Source: Candidatus Bipolaricaulota bacterium (GTDB lineage: Bacteria > Bipolaricaulota > Bipolaricaulia > UBA7950 > UBA9294). From it: 59,003 nt of DNA. Location of the stretch: positions 1-59,003 of the forward strand of contig JAPLGD010000046.1 in the NCBI GenBank assembly GCA_026390345.1, written 5' to 3'. Made by a program: the position numbers and the translations under genes. Shown here piece by piece: positions 1 to 9,345 of this stretch (position 1 is the first letter of the stretch; the number at the start of each line of letters is the position of its first letter). A model generated the notes under the pieces. That model had not been told where the DNA came from. It ran no database searches and saw only the letters and a list, made by a program, of their open reading frames with translations.

Positions 1-229
1 TCTCTTGATCGCCGGGCTCGCGACGACGGGATGCGTAAACGCGACGGTGTGTGGCGCCGTCCAGGAGGGCTTCGAGACGTGGGTGCTCATTGACGCGCAC
101 TCCGGTGGTGGGAGTCTCGACACGCTGGCCTACTACAACTCAACCTGGCCGGCCGTGGGCGCAACTGGAATTCGCAGCGACGCCGTCGACTTCGCCGCGC
201 TCGGGTGCACGGCGTCAACCACTCCGTGA
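1..229 (+). CDS. Isochorismatase-family cysteine hydrolase, C-terminal part (truncated by window start)
   Basis: IAGLATTGCVNAT...GFETWVLIDAH matches the catalytic-Cys region of the isochorismatase fold and parallels the next gene (CGLATFGCLNTT...GYDVTVVHDAH). Confidence 0.75.
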   Translation, partial: LLIAGLATTGCVNATVCGAVQEGFETWVLIDAHSGGGSLDTLAYYNSTWPAVGATGIRSDAVDFAALGCTASTTP

Positions 230-311
230 GGCCGCGCAGCCAGCTGTCACAATCCGCCAAGCGGGTTCGACTCTGACGTACGTGGAAGGACCAGACGGCC
301 AAGGAGGCAAC

Positions 312-839
312 ATGGAAGGACACGCAGCGCTTCTTGTTGTCGACGTGCAGACGGAGTACATGATCCCGGAGCCTTTCCTCACCAGCGACGGAGACGATCT
401 CGTCGCGAAGTGCTGCGGGTTGATCGAGCGAGCGCGAGCGGCGGGAGTTCCCGTGGTGTACGTCAGGCATCTCGACGAGGATCCGCCTGCCGACCCGGCG
501 GCCGCGAACATCTGCCCGGAGATCGCGCCGCGACGCGGCGAACCGGTTGTTGAGAAGCGCTTCCCGAGCGCGTTCTTCCGGACGGACCTCGAGCGCATCT
601 TGAAGAAGCTCCGAGTTCGGGCCCTCTACGCGTGCGGCCTCGCAACGTTCGGGTGTCTCAACACGACGGTGATGTGCGCGCTATGCAAAGGGTACGACGT
701 GACCGTCGTTCACGACGCTCATGGGGCCCAAGCGCTCGGCGAGACCTCAGCTGCGCAGGTGATCGCCCAGTTCGAGGCGGCCTGGGCGAAGGCTGGCGCA
801 GTTCTCGAGCGAGCCCGCGCGATCGACTTCCAAAGGTGA
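312..839 (+). CDS. Isochorismatase-family cysteine hydrolase
   Basis: AAGGAGG SD before ATG 312; Asp (LVVDVQ), Lys (EKRFPSAF) and Cys (ATFGCL) triad. Confidence 0.9.
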   Translation: MEGHAALLVVDVQTEYMIPEPFLTSDGDDLVAKCCGLIERARAAGVPVVYVRHLDEDPPADPAAANICPEIAPRRGEPVVEKRFPSAFFRTDLERILKKLRVRALYACGLATFGCLNTTVMCALCKGYDVTVVHDAHGAQALGETSAAQVIAQFEAAWAKAGAVLERARAIDFQR

Positions 840-859
840 CGGCACCGCGGGCCCCGCGG

Positions 860-2245
860 CTACTTGTGCACCTTGCGGAGGAACTCCTGAATCTCGGGCA
901 TGCCTCCCTGGAAGATGAGGTAGCCGTCGTGCGGCTCCCGCTCCGTGATCTCCCCGGCGATGGACGTCAGCATGATGTCGCGCACCCGGTCGAGGTCGTT
1001 CGTCTGTCCGAGCGCCCAGGCGAGCTTGATGTACGCCACTTCGGGGAGCATGTTCTCGGCCGGGATGATCCCCTTCGCCATGAGGTCGCGCCCGGTGTCG
1101 TAGACGAACATGTGCACGTAGCCCCATAGCGTCTGCACCGTCATGTAGATTGCGACGCCGGCCGCCGTCGCGCGCTCGATGGCGGGATAGACCGGCTTGT
1201 TGATGTGCCCTAGGCCTGTCCCGGCGATGACGATTCCCTTGTACCCGTGCTCGACAAGGGAATCGATGATGTCGGGGTGCATGTTCGGGTAGTAGTACGT
1301 GAGCGTCACCCGCTCCTCGAAGTACGGGAGGATGTCGACGTGGCGATCGTCGCGCCGACGGGCGTAGTCCTGGCGCAGCGGGGTGACCCCGTTGCGGGTG
1401 ACCGTCGCAAGCGGGATGTCTCCGATCGTGCGGAACGTCGACCGGTACGAGGAGTGCATCTTCCGCACGCGCGTCGCGCGGTGCAGCAGTCCGTACTCGT
1501 CGGATGTGGGCCCGAACATGCAGACCATGACCTCGGCGATGTCGGAGGTGGCCGCTGCAGTCGTCGAGTGAATCAGGTTTCTCGCCGCGTCGGAGGACGG
1601 GCGATCGGACGACCGCTGCGATCCGACCATGACGATCGGCACCGGCGGGTGTTGCACCATGAAGGCCAACGCGCTCGCGGTATGGTGCATCGTGTCGGTT
1701 CCATGGCCGATGACGATGCCGTCGATCCCGTTCTCGATCTCACGCCCGATGGCCTTGGCAAGCGCGATGTACTGCGTCGGCCCCATGTTCTCGGAGAACA
1801 CCGCAAACAGCTTCTCCGTCGAGAGATTGCAGATGTCGGCGAGCTCCGGCACGGCGCCGTAGAGCTCGCCGGGGGAGAACGCCGGGATCACCGCGCCGGT
1901 CCGGTAGTCGAGGCGGGAGGCGATGGTGCCGCCGGTCCCGAGGAGCTTCACGTTCGGCTTGTCGGGCGAGGTCGGGAACTCCTTTTCGGGGATCTTGTAG
2001 TGGGCCTCGCGTCGGCCGAGCTCCTTGACGCTCCGCAACGTTCGAACGTCAATGCCGACGTTATAGCCCGTAGGCAGCTTGAGGACGAGGTGCCGCGAGT
2101 CGTCGAACTCGGAGCGCGGCAGGACGATGCCGCGGAAGTGGCCGCGCGTGGAATCGATGTCCACGTCGCTCCACACGCCGACCCCGAAGCGGACGAGCGC
2201 GTCGAGGGCCTCGCCCTTGTACCCCTTGTGGGCTTCGTCGCTCAT
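860..2245 (-). CDS. gatD: Glu-tRNA(Gln) amidotransferase subunit D (archaeal-type, asparaginase-like)
   Basis: GatD N-terminal domain (LVLKLPTGYNVGI), GTGGTIASRLDYRTGAV, HGTDTM, GSQRSSDRPSSD, RKMHSSYR; ATG 2245 overlaps the gatE stop, with GAGGAGG SD. Confidence 0.95.
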   Translation of the reverse strand: MSDEAHKGYKGEALDALVRFGVGVWSDVDIDSTRGHFRGIVLPRSEFDDSRHLVLKLPTGYNVGIDVRTLRSVKELGRREAHYKIPEKEFPTSPDKPNVKLLGTGGTIASRLDYRTGAVIPAFSPGELYGAVPELADICNLSTEKLFAVFSENMGPTQYIALAKAIGREIENGIDGIVIGHGTDTMHHTASALAFMVQHPPVPIVMVGSQRSSDRPSSDAARNLIHSTTAAATSDIAEVMVCMFGPTSDEYGLLHRATRVRKMHSSYRSTFRTIGDIPLATVTRNGVTPLRQDYARRRDDRHVDILPYFEERVTLTYYYPNMHPDIIDSLVEHGYKGIVIAGTGLGHINKPVYPAIERATAAGVAIYMTVQTLWGYVHMFVYDTGRDLMAKGIIPAENMLPEVAYIKLAWALGQTNDLDRVRDIMLTSIAGEITEREPHDGYLIFQGGMPEIQEFLRKVHK

Positions 2246-4176
2246 CGCGTCGCCTCCTCGACCCACGCCGCGACCTGGGCGAGCGGGACGTTGCCCCACG
2301 CCATCGCCCGAACGTGCCCCATGATCGCGCGGTGGCGCGCTTCGGGCCTCCGCACATCGGAGCGCTTGACCTCGCGTCGGATCTCGGCCTTCACGTCCTT
2401 CTCCGCCGCCCGGCGATACTCCGCACGGGTCAGAAGCTCGTCAAACGAAGACGCCGGCTCCCGAAGGGCAAGCGGTGCCAGGACGGGAAGGACGTCGGAC
2501 GTCAGCGCTCTCTCCCGCGCCGCGTCAACCGCCCATCGGACACGCGCCGGATCGATCTCGCGGTCTCCCATGGCGTGCCGCACGTCGTGCCCGAGCAGGG
2601 TCGTTGCTGCGATCGGCTCCATGCCGCTCGCGACCAGCTCCTCGGCCAGCGGGCAGAGGTTCCGCCGCAACAGGTAGGCGTGCGTGTCCTCGGGAGCGCC
2701 CCACGCTCGCAGGAGGGCTTGCCGGGCTTCCACAGACTGCGGCAGCCGCGCCCGCGTCCCCTCGATGGCGTCCTCCTCGATCGGGATCGGCGACGAGTCG
2801 GTGTCCGGGTACATGCGATCCGGCCCTGGCAGAACGCGTTCGAAGATCGTTGTCCCGTTCGGAAGTCCCTTGCGCGTCTCGTTCGGCACCCCGGCAAAGG
2901 CGAGGCGCCCGCGCTCGATGACGGTCTCGATCGCGGTCGGAAGATCCGCGGCGGGGCCCCACACGAGGAGGACCGCGTCCTTCTCTGTCGCACCGACGCG
3001 CTTTCCGAGCTTCTGCCACGTCGCCCGCGGCAGCGGCGAAGTTCCGTCGTCGGAGTGCGCCATGTTCGGTTTCTCGATGCACGCGATGACCTTCAGCCGA
3101 TCCGAGAACTCGTCAGCGAACGAGCATCCCGGGTTCGTCGGGAAGGCAAGAAGGCCGGAGAATCCCGGCAGGCAGATGACCGCGGCGCTCGACTCCCCAG
3201 CCGCAGTTGGAGCCACGGCGGCCAGGTCCGCGCCGGACAGTGGAGCGTGCTTGGGGGCCCACGTCTTCGGGTCGCCCTCGCGCCGTTCAAGCTCGTCGCG
3301 CACGAGGAGGAGGGCCTTCTGCCGGAAGGCCTCATTGTGGGTCAGCTCGGGAATCCAGCGGATGTGCTGCACGCCCTTGATCTCGACGCGCGTGCCGCCT
3401 TCGATGCTGACGTTCACATCCTCCCGGGCGGCGCCGATGCCGACGTTCACGTGCCCCGTACTCCGCGTGAGGTAGCGAATGTAGTTCGCACCCTCGGCGG
3501 CCTCATCCGGCGTCAGCAACTCGGGTTCGGTGACGGTCTCAATCAGAGGCATCCCAAGGCGGTCAGTCGTGTAGATCCGTTCATGCCCGACGTCACTCAC
3601 CTCGCGGCACGAGTCCTCTTCGACGGAAAGCTGGCGGACGCCCACCCGCTTCCCCGCTACGGGGATGCGGCCGTCGATGCCGATGATCGCCGTACGCTGG
3701 AACCCGGTGGGGATGCTGCCGTCCAAGTACTGTTTCCGCGTGATGTGGAGCTCGCCCACGAGGCTCGTCTCGAGCAGCAACGCAACCTCGATCGCAATTC
3801 CGAGCGCCTCTCGGTTCACGGCGAATGGGGGCGTATCGTCGATGTCGTACGTGCAAGCCGTCTCGCCCTTGATTCGGTAGATGATGTTCTTCTTCGTCTT
3901 GTATTCCATCAGCGCCGTCCCGTCGTACTCGCCGAACTCGCTCAGCGTGGGACGCATGTGGCGGACGAGCTGCGCGTCGTAGTCGGCGCCGTCCTGGTAG
4001 ATACCAGCGGGACAGCGACAGAAGAGCTTCTTCTTCGTTCGGAGCTGCTGATGGACCTCGAGCCCGCAACGGAAGCCGAGTCCTCGGTAGGTATCCGCGG
4101 TGGCGTCACGGCGAGTTACATAGCCAAGTGGATTGTGGCTGTCGAGGTTTCCAGAGTTCGCGTCGGCCTTCTTCAT
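2242..4176 (-). CDS. gatE: Glu-tRNA(Gln) amidotransferase subunit E
   Basis: GFRCGLEVHQQLRTKKKLFCRCP, RKQYLDGSIPTGFQRT, EEDSCR, DRLGMPLIE, REDVNVSIEGGTRVEIKGVQ, central insertion ending AHSD, GVPNETR, PGPDRMYPDTD. Confidence 0.95.
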   Translation of the reverse strand: MKKADANSGNLDSHNPLGYVTRRDATADTYRGLGFRCGLEVHQQLRTKKKLFCRCPAGIYQDGADYDAQLVRHMRPTLSEFGEYDGTALMEYKTKKNIIYRIKGETACTYDIDDTPPFAVNREALGIAIEVALLLETSLVGELHITRKQYLDGSIPTGFQRTAIIGIDGRIPVAGKRVGVRQLSVEEDSCREVSDVGHERIYTTDRLGMPLIETVTEPELLTPDEAAEGANYIRYLTRSTGHVNVGIGAAREDVNVSIEGGTRVEIKGVQHIRWIPELTHNEAFRQKALLLVRDELERREGDPKTWAPKHAPLSGADLAAVAPTAAGESSAAVICLPGFSGLLAFPTNPGCSFADEFSDRLKVIACIEKPNMAHSDDGTSPLPRATWQKLGKRVGATEKDAVLLVWGPAADLPTAIETVIERGRLAFAGVPNETRKGLPNGTTIFERVLPGPDRMYPDTDSSPIPIEEDAIEGTRARLPQSVEARQALLRAWGAPEDTHAYLLRRNLCPLAEELVASGMEPIAATTLLGHDVRHAMGDREIDPARVRWAVDAARERALTSDVLPVLAPLALREPASSFDELLTRAEYRRAAEKDVKAEIRREVKRSDVRRPEARHRAIMGHVRAMAWGNVPLAQVAAWVEEATR

Positions 4177-4233
4177 AGCAGTGGGCGCAGGACGGACGCG
4201 AGAATCGCTCGGCCGATCGCGCTTATCGGGTAG

Positions 4234-4262
4234 ACGATAGATCTCCAGAGCGGCCGGCGCAA
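4234..4262 (-). promoter_or_regulatory. Candidate sigma70 promoter for gatED
   Basis: TTGCGC-17 nt-TATCGT on the minus strand. Confidence 0.4.
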
Positions 4263-4270
4263 GGCCGTCC

Positions 4271-4298
4271 TTGCATATCCACGATGATCTGCTATACT
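4271..4298 (+). promoter_or_regulatory. Candidate sigma70 promoter for the leader/GNAT/ABC operon
   Basis: TTGCAT-16 nt-TATACT. Confidence 0.6.
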
Positions 4299-4393
4299 GC
4301 GGGCCACTTACGGATGAACGAACCGCCGTTCGCGGCGGATGGCGAATCGTACGTGCCCTGGCAAGGCGCGCCTATCAAAGGAGGAGGCGGTTC

Positions 4394-4471
4394 ATGGCAC
4401 TAGGTCAACATAGAACTCATCCGGGAACCTCCTCGGATGGGGCGCGCGAGGGTGGATTCGCGACTCGGTAG
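4394..4471 (+). CDS. Putative 25-aa leader peptide MALGQHRTHPGTSSDGAREGGFATR
   Basis: Strong SD AAAGGAGGAGG immediately upstream; lies in a ~310-nt structured 5' leader. Confidence 0.5.
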   Translation: MALGQHRTHPGTSSDGAREGGFATR

Positions 4472-4512
4472 TCCGTAGCACTTCAGTCTTTCGCTTTCCC
4501 TCTCGACATCGT

Positions 4513-4541
4513 AGCGTCGCCGTTTGCGGCGCTCTCCTTTT
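4513..4541 (+). terminator. Candidate attenuator terminator in the leader
   Basis: AGCGTCGC-CGTTT-GCGGCGCT stem (one G-U) followed by CTCCTTTT. Confidence 0.4.
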
Positions 4542-4618
4542 CCCCATCCAGCATTCGGGGTCCCGGCCAAGAGCGTTGGGCCAGAGGAACACCGTTTGCA
4601 CCGCTCCAAGGAGCCAAC

Positions 4619-5632
4619 ATGCTGGACTACCTGCCTCACGGATACCGCCCGCGTCCCGCGAGAGCGGACGACGCGGAGGAACTCGTTGCGATGTTCAACG
4701 CCTGCTCGCGTGCCGTCGTCGGAGTCGACGAGCACGACGTTGCCGACCTCCTGGTCGAGTGGCGATCTCCCGGATTCAGCCTGGAGTCGGACGCGATCGT
4801 CGTGGAAGCCCAGAACGGATCCCTCGCCGGCTACGCCGAAGTCTGGGACACCGACGAGCCCCACGTGCGAATCTTCTCCTGGGGGCGCGTGGCTCCCAAC
4901 CACCGCGGCCTCTGCATCGGCACGTGGCTCGCCGCGTGGGAAGAGGAGCGCGCCCGGAAGGCCATCGACCGGGCTCCCGCGGATGCTCGCGTGAGTCTGC
5001 GCCAGTTTGTGTACAAGCAGGATTCTGAGGCAAACGCCCTGCTTGAGCGTCACGGATTCGCCCTCGTGCGGCTCTTCTTTCGCATGGAGGCCCCGCTCGA
5101 CATCGTCGTGCCGGAGCCGACATGGCCCGAAGGCGTCGTCGTCCGAACCTTCAACCCGGACGAGGACCTCGAGCCGATGGTCCGCGCCATCCGCGAGACG
5201 TTTCGCGACCACTGGGGGTACGTCGAGTCCTCGTTTGAGGAGGACGTCGAGGGCCTGAGACACTGGATCACGGAGGACAAGGAGTTCGATCCCGCTCTCT
5301 GGTTCCTCGTCTCCGCCAGCGGGCAGATTGTGGGCGTGACGCTGTGCTCAGCGAAAGTGCCCGGGGATCCGAACCTCGGATACGTGAACACGGTCGGCGT
5401 CGTGCGGCCATGGCGCCGGCGTGGTGTCGCCCTGGCCCTCCTCCGCCATGCCTTCGCAGAGTTCCAGAAGCGCGGGAAGGAACGTGTCGCCCTCGGCGTG
5501 GATTCGAGCAGCTTGACCGGAGCTCTGCGGCTCTACGAGGCCGCGGGGATGCACCCCGTTCGCGAGTCCCACATGTACGAGAAGGAACTGCGGCCCGGAC
5601 GGGACCTCACCACACAGAACCTGGAGGAGTAG
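4619..5632 (+). CDS. Tandem-domain GNAT N-acetyltransferase (mycothiol synthase-like architecture)
   Basis: Two acetyl-CoA motifs (VAPNHRGLCIGT; VVRPWRRRGVALALL) and ALRLYEAAGM; AAGGAG SD. Confidence 0.9.
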   Translation: MLDYLPHGYRPRPARADDAEELVAMFNACSRAVVGVDEHDVADLLVEWRSPGFSLESDAIVVEAQNGSLAGYAEVWDTDEPHVRIFSWGRVAPNHRGLCIGTWLAAWEEERARKAIDRAPADARVSLRQFVYKQDSEANALLERHGFALVRLFFRMEAPLDIVVPEPTWPEGVVVRTFNPDEDLEPMVRAIRETFRDHWGYVESSFEEDVEGLRHWITEDKEFDPALWFLVSASGQIVGVTLCSAKVPGDPNLGYVNTVGVVRPWRRRGVALALLRHAFAEFQKRGKERVALGVDSSSLTGALRLYEAAGMHPVRESHMYEKELRPGRDLTTQNLEE

Positions 5633-5634
5633 GC

Positions 5635-7416
5635 GTGCGACTTCCTTGGCGTGAGTACTTCGGATTCCTGGTGCGGTACCTTCGCCCTCAGGCACGTTGG
5701 GTTGCGCTGCTCGCTGCTCTGGTGCTCGTCACCATCGGCCTGCGCCTCGCCAACCCCCAGATCCTTCGGCAGTTCATCGACGTCGCCACGTCCGGCGGCC
5801 CGCGATCGGAGCTGATCCGGGGAGCGCTCCTCTTCTTCGGAATCGCCGTCCTCGCCCAGCTTCTGTCCGTCGCTGCGACCTACGTCGGAGAAACGGTGGC
5901 TTGGACGGCAACCAACGCACTGCGCCTCGACCTCCTGCGACACGCCCTTCATCTCGATCCGACCTTCCACAAGGACCACTCGCCCGGGCAGCTCATCGAG
6001 CGGATCGACGGAGACGTCGCGACGTTGTCGAACTTCCTTTCGCGGTTCACGATCGACGTGGTCGGGAACGCGATCCTCATTGCCGGCATCGTAGCGCTTC
6101 TGTTCCGCGAGGATTGGCGGATCGGGCTTCCGATCCTGGCATTCGTGGTTCTGACCGTGTGGATTCTCGGGCGGATTCGGAAGGTAGCCGTCCCGCACTG
6201 GACCGCGTACCGAAAGCAGATGGCCGAGTTCTTCGGCTTCGTCGGCGAGCGGCTTAGCGGGACGGAGGACGTCCGGGCGAACGGCGGCGTCCCCTACGTG
6301 ATGCGCCGTTTCTTCGACCTGGTCCGGAAGCTGTACCCGGTTCGCCTTCGTTCCGGTATTGCGGGGTACGGCATGTGGATGGCGAACGTTGCCCTGTTCA
6401 CCTTTGGCCAGGCGATCGCCTTCGGCGTCGGGGCGACCCTGTGGAGGGCCTCGATCATCACGCTCGGCACCGTGTACCTCGTCTTCTACTACACCGACCT
6501 CCTCCACGGCCCGATCTCCGCCATGCGTGAGCAGATCACCGACCTCCAACGCGCAGAGGCGGGCCTTCGCAGGATCCGGGCGATGCTGGGGACGCCGTCC
6601 AAGCTGCAGGACGACGGCCGCGAACTGCTGCCATCGGGGGCTCTCCCGGTGGTCCTCGACCGGGTTACGTTCGCCTACGAGCCGTCGCAGACCCAGGACG
6701 GCCCACCGGCCGGCGGTGACCCCGTCGTTGCCTTGCGGGACGTCACACTCGACGTGCCGGCGGGCACGACGCTGGGGCTTCTCGGCCGTACGGGAAGCGG
6801 GAAGTCGACGCTGGCCCGGCTCGTCGCGCGGCTCTACGACTGCCAGGAGGGCACCGTCAAGGTCGGGGAGTGCAACGTGCGAGACGTCGGGCTCGACCAC
6901 CTGCGAAGCCGCGTCCGCCTCGTCTCCCAGGAGGTTCAGGTCTTCCGCGCCTCGGTCCGAGAGAACGTGAGGCTATTCGACCCCTCGATCTCCGACGAGG
7001 CGATCCTCGCGGCGCTCGGCGAGCTGGGCCTGCGCGAGTGGGTTCTTGCCCTACCCTCCGGGTTGGATGCTGTCGTCGGCACCGGAGAGGCCGGCCTCTC
7101 CGCCGGACAGGGGCAGCTCCTCGCCCTGGCCCGGACGTTCCTTGCCGATCCTGCGGTCATCATCCTCGACGAGGCGTCCTCGCGCCTGGATCCCGCTACG
7201 GAGGCCCTCTTGGAGCACGCCGTGGACCGCCTGTTGGCCGGTCGCACCGCCATCGTGATTGCCCACCGGTTGTCGACCGTTCGGCGCGCCGATTCGGTTG
7301 CCATCCTCGAGGCGGGAGAGGTTCTCGAGCGCGGCAAGCGGGAAGTCTTGGCCGGCGATCCGACATCTCACCTGTCTCGCCTCCTGCGGACGGGGATGGA
7401 GGAGGTGCTGGTATGA
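5635..7416 (+). CDS. ABC exporter, fused TMD-NBD subunit 1 of a heterodimer
   Basis: GTG start after GGAGGAG; hydrophobic TMD; Walker A GRTGSGKS, degenerate signature LSAGQ, Walker B IILDE, AHR. Confidence 0.93.
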   Translation: MRLPWREYFGFLVRYLRPQARWVALLAALVLVTIGLRLANPQILRQFIDVATSGGPRSELIRGALLFFGIAVLAQLLSVAATYVGETVAWTATNALRLDLLRHALHLDPTFHKDHSPGQLIERIDGDVATLSNFLSRFTIDVVGNAILIAGIVALLFREDWRIGLPILAFVVLTVWILGRIRKVAVPHWTAYRKQMAEFFGFVGERLSGTEDVRANGGVPYVMRRFFDLVRKLYPVRLRSGIAGYGMWMANVALFTFGQAIAFGVGATLWRASIITLGTVYLVFYYTDLLHGPISAMREQITDLQRAEAGLRRIRAMLGTPSKLQDDGRELLPSGALPVVLDRVTFAYEPSQTQDGPPAGGDPVVALRDVTLDVPAGTTLGLLGRTGSGKSTLARLVARLYDCQEGTVKVGECNVRDVGLDHLRSRVRLVSQEVQVFRASVRENVRLFDPSISDEAILAALGELGLREWVLALPSGLDAVVGTGEAGLSAGQGQLLALARTFLADPAVIILDEASSRLDPATEALLEHAVDRLLAGRTAIVIAHRLSTVRRADSVAILEAGEVLERGKREVLAGDPTSHLSRLLRTGMEEVLV

Positions 7417-9200
7417 CGGCCATTCGCGCTTTCCTGAAACTGATTCGCTTCCGTCCCGGGTTGTACGCGGCCGACGCTGCGGCGTGGATTGTGATCGTTC
7501 TCACCGAGCTCGGCGCGGGGTACTTGGCGAAGGTGTTCTTCGATTCGATCACCGGCCAGGCCGCCGCAGGAGTCACGCTCTGGACCGTCGTCGCCCTCGT
7601 GGTCGCCATGGGTCTCGTCCGCGTGGTTGCGATCCTCGTCGGCGCTCTGATCGACATCCGCCACCGCTTCTCGATCCAGGTCCTGTTGCGGAGGAACCTC
7701 CTCGCCTCGATCCTGGCGAAGCCGGGGGCGCGGGCCCTACCCGGGGCGGTCGGAGAGGCACTCAACACCATCCGCGACGACTCCGAAGCGATCGAGGACC
7801 TCCTGAGCTGGCTGATCGACCAGATCTCATTTGCCGTCTACGGAGCCCTGGCGCTCGGGATCCTGTTTGCCATCGACGCGAAGATCACGCTGATCGTCGT
7901 TCTGCCCCTCCTCCTGGTCATCGTCGGCGCCCGTTGGGTCTCGAGGCGGGTTCGCCGGTTCCGGGAAGCCAGCCGACGCGCGACGGAGCGCGTCACGGGT
8001 GCCATCGGCGAGGCGATGGACGGGGTTCAAGCCATTCAGCTCGCCGGAGCCCAGGACCACGTCGTCGCGTACATCGAGGGGCTCAACCGCGAGCGGCTGC
8101 GGGCCACCGTGCGAGATCGTCTCCTGTCCCAGTCATTCCACTCGTTCTTCTGGAACGCTGCGACGCTGACCACGGGGCTCATCCTCCTGGCCGCGGCCGA
8201 CGGCCTGCGCAGCGGGACATTCACCGTCGGTGACTTCGCACTGTTCGTGACCTACGTAGGCGTCGTGACGGAGTTCATGGCTGCGTTCGGCGACTTCCTC
8301 ATCCACTTTCAACAAGCCAGGGTCTCGCTCGAGCGAATGGCCAGCTTGATCGGCGGGACCCGCGACGACGTCGTGGAGGGCCATCCAATCTACTTCTCCG
8401 GCCCCCTCCCGGAGGTCCCCGCCGAGCCGGCGCGAGGCGCTCCGCTCGAGCGCCTCACCGTGGATCGGCTCTGCGTCGATTGGTCGCGCGGCGAACAGGA
8501 CGTCGGCTTCTCGGTGCGTGACGTCTCCTTCTCGATCGAACGCGGCGAGTTCGTCGTCATTGCCGGTCGCGTCGGCTCGGGGAAGACTACGCTCCTGCGC
8601 GGGATCCTCGGACTCGTTCCTGCGGCGTCGGGTGGCGTCCTGTGGAACGGCCTTGCCGTGACCGATCCGTCCGCGTTCTTCGTTCCGCCTCGTTCTGCAT
8701 ACACTCCCCAGGTTCCTCAGCTGTTCAGCGACTCGCTACGCGACAACGTGCTGATGGGACGAGCGGCAACCGAGGCCGACCTCGACTCCGCTCTCCGGCT
8801 CGCGGTTCTCGAGGAAGACGTCGCGACGCTCGCCAACGGGCTCGACACCGTCGTCGGAGCGCGCGGCGTGAAGCTATCAGGAGGCCAGCGGCAACGGGCC
8901 GCGGCGGCTCGGATGTTCGTCCGCGACCCGGACCTCCTCGTATTCGATGACCTGTCGAGTGCGCTCGACGTCGAGACAGAGAAGACGCTCTGGGAACGCA
9001 CACTCGGTCGCAAGGACCGAACCTACCTCGTCGTTTCGCACCGCCGCCCGGCGCTCCGCCGCGCCGATCGCATCGTGCTCCTCAAGGACGGGCGCGTCGA
9101 GGCGGTCGGACCGCTTGACGAGCTGCTCGCGTCCTGCGAGGAGATGCGCCTCCTTTGGCAGGAGGCAACGGGTTCCCCATTGGACGGAAACGGTTCGTGA
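7413..9200 (+). CDS. ABC exporter, fused TMD-NBD subunit 2 of a heterodimer
   Basis: ATGA overlap; [13 protein letters not shown], degenerate Walker B LVFDD, SHR. Confidence 0.93.
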   Translation: MTAIRAFLKLIRFRPGLYAADAAAWIVIVLTELGAGYLAKVFFDSITGQAAAGVTLWTVVALVVAMGLVRVVAILVGALIDIRHRFSIQVLLRRNLLASILAKPGARALPGAVGEALNTIRDDSEAIEDLLSWLIDQISFAVYGALALGILFAIDAKITLIVVLPLLLVIVGARWVSRRVRRFREASRRATERVTGAIGEAMDGVQAIQLAGAQDHVVAYIEGLNRERLRATVRDRLLSQSFHSFFWNAATLTTGLILLAAADGLRSGTFTVGDFALFVTYVGVVTEFMAAFGDFLIHFQQARVSLERMASLIGGTRDDVVEGHPIYFSGPLPEVPAEPARGAPLERLTVDRLCVDWSRGEQDVGFSVRDVSFSIERGEFVVIAGRVGSGKTTLLRGILGLVPAASGGVLWNGLAVTDPSAFFVPPRSAYTPQVPQLFSDSLRDNVLMGRAATEADLDSALRLAVLEEDVATLANGLDTVVGARGVKLSGGQRQRAAAARMFVRDPDLLVFDDLSSALDVETEKTLWERTLGRKDRTYLVVSHRRPALRRADRIVLLKDGRVEAVGPLDELLASCEEMRLLWQEATGSPLDGNGS

Positions 9201-9263
9201 CATACGCGCCCTCGACGGGGTCACCATCCCGCGCTGTGTGATGTACGTTACGCTAGATAGGTA

Positions 9264-9292
9264 TTGACTTTGCGCGATTCGGAGTGTAGCCT
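9264..9292 (+). promoter_or_regulatory. Candidate sigma70 promoter
   Basis: TTGACT-17 nt-TAGCCT upstream of the Cys-rich gene. Confidence 0.6.
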
Positions 9293-9345
9293 CGTAGAGC
9301 CGGCGAAGAAGGTCTAGGGGGAAGGACTGCGACTGGGAGGTGCAC

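Noticed and set aside
1247-4233. Long plus-strand ORFs (476 and 639 aa) antisense to gatD/gatE, and similar shadow ORFs throughout the window
   Set aside because: Typical antisense open frames of high-GC coding DNA; no motifs, and the opposite strand encodes recognisable proteins.
5344-5634. N-terminal extensions in the ORF track (e.g. from 5344, 6870, 9618, 25897, 27234, 48487)
   Set aside because: They overlap upstream genes and are Arg/Pro-rich nonsense; downstream starts have SD sequences or stop-start overlaps.
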